Shown: positions 39,917 through 41,400 of the stretch, one piece after another | Numbering within the stretch: the first letter of the stretch is position 1 | Layout of the letters: each line of letters opens with the position of its first letter | DNA from: Archangiaceae bacterium | Lineage (GTDB): Bacteria; Myxococcota; Myxococcia; Myxococcales; Myxococcaceae | NCBI GenBank assembly: GCA_043750125.1 | Contig: JAYVCD010000056.1 | Location: 1 to 41,400, forward strand | Direction of reading: 5' to 3' | DNA length: 41,400 nt | Made by a program: the position numbers and the translations under genes | The notes under the pieces: generated by a model | What the model was told of the DNA's origin: nothing | The model's database searches: none | The model's input: only the letters and a program-made list of their open reading frames with translations

Positions 39917-40192
39917 TCAGGGCCTGACGTGAAGCCCGCTTTGTCCAACGGTTCCCAGCCCGGCCCGGTGACCTGAAGTGGCTTGCGCGATGAAGTCGTA
40001 GCAGCCGGCGAGGGTGGCCAGCCTCGGGTGTTCCTGCTGAGGCAAGTCGAGGTTCAGCGCCTCGCTCAACCGCAAAACGAAGCGCAGAAAGCCAATCGAT
40101 TGGGTGTCGACCGGGTCGCTCAACCGCAGCTGCTCGCGCAGGGACTTGGGATCCACCTGGGAAATCGTCGACGACCAGGGTGGGCATGGCAA
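39917..40192 (-). CDS. Acyl-carrier-protein-like small ORF (start uncertain, possibly decaying)
   Basis: DTQSIGFLRFVLRLSEALNLDLPQQEHPRLATLAGCYDFI resembles ACP helices II-IV. Only TTG/GTG starts are in frame. Confidence 0.5.
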   Translation of the reverse strand: MPCPPWSSTISQVDPKSLREQLRLSDPVDTQSIGFLRFVLRLSEALNLDLPQQEHPRLATLAGCYDFIAQATSGHRAGLGTVGQSGLHVRP

Positions 40193-40238
40193 GGGTTGGC
40201 GAAGCAAACTCAAGACCAACGAGCCCAAGGGGTGGCTG

Positions 40239-41400
40239 ATGAGTGCTACGGAGCCTCGAATGGAGCCCCCCGGTTTTGGCGAAGTTCAAGGCCGACCCTC
40301 GCGGCCGGCAGCAGCGACGGCAATCAAGGCCCACCAGGCGGCGCTCACCGGCCGTCCGTTGCGGGCAGCGATCAGCGAAGCGCTGGCGAATGAGCCGAAA
40401 CTCGGAGGCAAAGAGCGACGGTTCGCTTCCTGGGCGGCCCGCGAGCTCTCGCGCCACCAGCGGTTCATCGACCTGTTGGCCAAGACCCACGGCCATGCGC
40501 CGTCGGGTTTTTCGCTCGAAGGGGACCTGGCGATTCTTCGCTACACGCTGTGGCGGCGGCACCTGACCCACGCGTCGGCCGAGCGCACCCTGTTCGAGGT
40601 GGCGTTGCCCGGGCCCCTGCGCCCCCGCTCGATTCCCGATGCGCTGCTGGCCAAGGTCTGTTTGACGCTCGAGCCGCCGCTGCCGCCCGACCCGCTCGAG
40701 CGATCTGCGACCGTTCATTCGTTTCCCAACTGGCTGGCGACGGCGATCGCCCGTTCGGCGCCCGAAGGTGAAGTCGACGCCGTGCTGGCCGCGCTCAACC
40801 GCGATCCGGTGATCTGGATGCGGGTGCGCCCCCCGGGTTCGCGGGAAGAAGTGCTGCAGAAGCTTCGGGCCGAAGGGATCGAAGTGGAAGCTGGGCCCGC
40901 CGAAGATTCGATCAAGCTCACCGACGAGGGAAGGGGGATCTTCGAGTCGAAGCCGATGAAGTCGCGTCGCCTGCAGGTGATGGATCTGGGCAGTCAGCTG
41001 ATCGCCAACCTCTGCGCGCCGAAGCCGGGGGCGACGGTGATCGATTGGTGTGCCGGAGCGGGCGGCAAGAGCTTCGCGCTCGCCGACCTCGTGGGGCCCA
41101 CCGGGAAGGTCTACGCGACCGACCTGAAGCGCTCGCGGCTCGACGATGCCCGCCGGCGGGGTCGCGAGCTGTCGATTCGCAACGTCACCTTCCCGGACAA
41201 GGTGCGGCTGTCCGAGGCCGACGTGGTGTTGGTCGACGCGCCCTGCAGTGGAAGCGGCACCCTGGGTCGGGAACCCGATCAAAAGTGGAAGCTGCAGTGG
41301 AAAAAAGTCGAAGAGCTGATCGCGACCCAGCAGAAAATTCTCGACGAGGTTGTGGCGGGTGTTCGGGACGACTGCGTGATCGTCTACGGCACCTGCTCGG
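40239..41400 (+). CDS. RsmB/NOP-family RNA m5C methyltransferase (3'-truncated by the window)
   Basis: Absent from the ORF track because it is truncated. ATG 40239 MSATEPRMEPPGF..., then VIDWCAGAGGKS, VLVDAPCSGSGTLGREPD and IVYGTCS at the edge. Confidence 0.9.
   Translation, partial: MSATEPRMEPPGFGEVQGRPSRPAAATAIKAHQAALTGRPLRAAISEALANEPKLGGKERRFASWAARELSRHQRFIDLLAKTHGHAPSGFSLEGDLAILRYTLWRRHLTHASAERTLFEVALPGPLRPRSIPDALLAKVCLTLEPPLPPDPLERSATVHSFPNWLATAIARSAPEGEVDAVLAALNRDPVIWMRVRPPGSREEVLQKLRAEGIEVEAGPAEDSIKLTDEGRGIFESKPMKSRRLQVMDLGSQLIANLCAPKPGATVIDWCAGAGGKSFALADLVGPTGKVYATDLKRSRLDDARRRGRELSIRNVTFPDKVRLSEADVVLVDAPCSGSGTLGREPDQKWKLQWKKVEELIATQQKILDEVVAGVRDDCVIVYGTCS

Overview
A GC-rich, gene-dense chromosomal segment, very probably from a Myxococcota (myxobacterium-like) genome, judged from gene content: Ser/Thr kinase, FHA-GAF sigma54 activator, PilZ proteins, Cys-rich lipoproteins and HEAT proteins. 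Left to right: (1) a minus-strand run of MoxR, DUF58, transglutaminase, an NTT/TLC-type transporter-HEAT fusion, a stand-alone cNMP-binding protein, an OPT transporter and a truncated helical protein; (2) mutL and a small operon of envelope hypotheticals; (3) a minus-strand pfkA, Ser/Thr kinase, TPR, FHA/GAF sigma54 activator and two-lipoprotein operon; (4) lepA, lepB, DUF4845-like, pyrB, pyrC', carA; (5) divergent PilZ genes, a metallophosphoesterase, psd, hisS and miaA; (6) tRNA-Leu(CAA), a type II toxin-antitoxin pair, a second degenerate full-length copy of the same tRNA, an ACP-like ORF and a truncated RsmB/NOP methyltransferase. I saw no integrase, transposase, CRISPR array or rRNA. Most of the window is ordinary core genome. 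The most unusual items are the integrase-free TA islet between a tRNA and a remodelled tRNA-like copy, the in-frame split NTT-HEAT/cNMP pair, and three proteins with degenerate key motifs (MutL endonuclease, PyrC, FHA). All family assignments come from motif recognition by eye; no searches were run.
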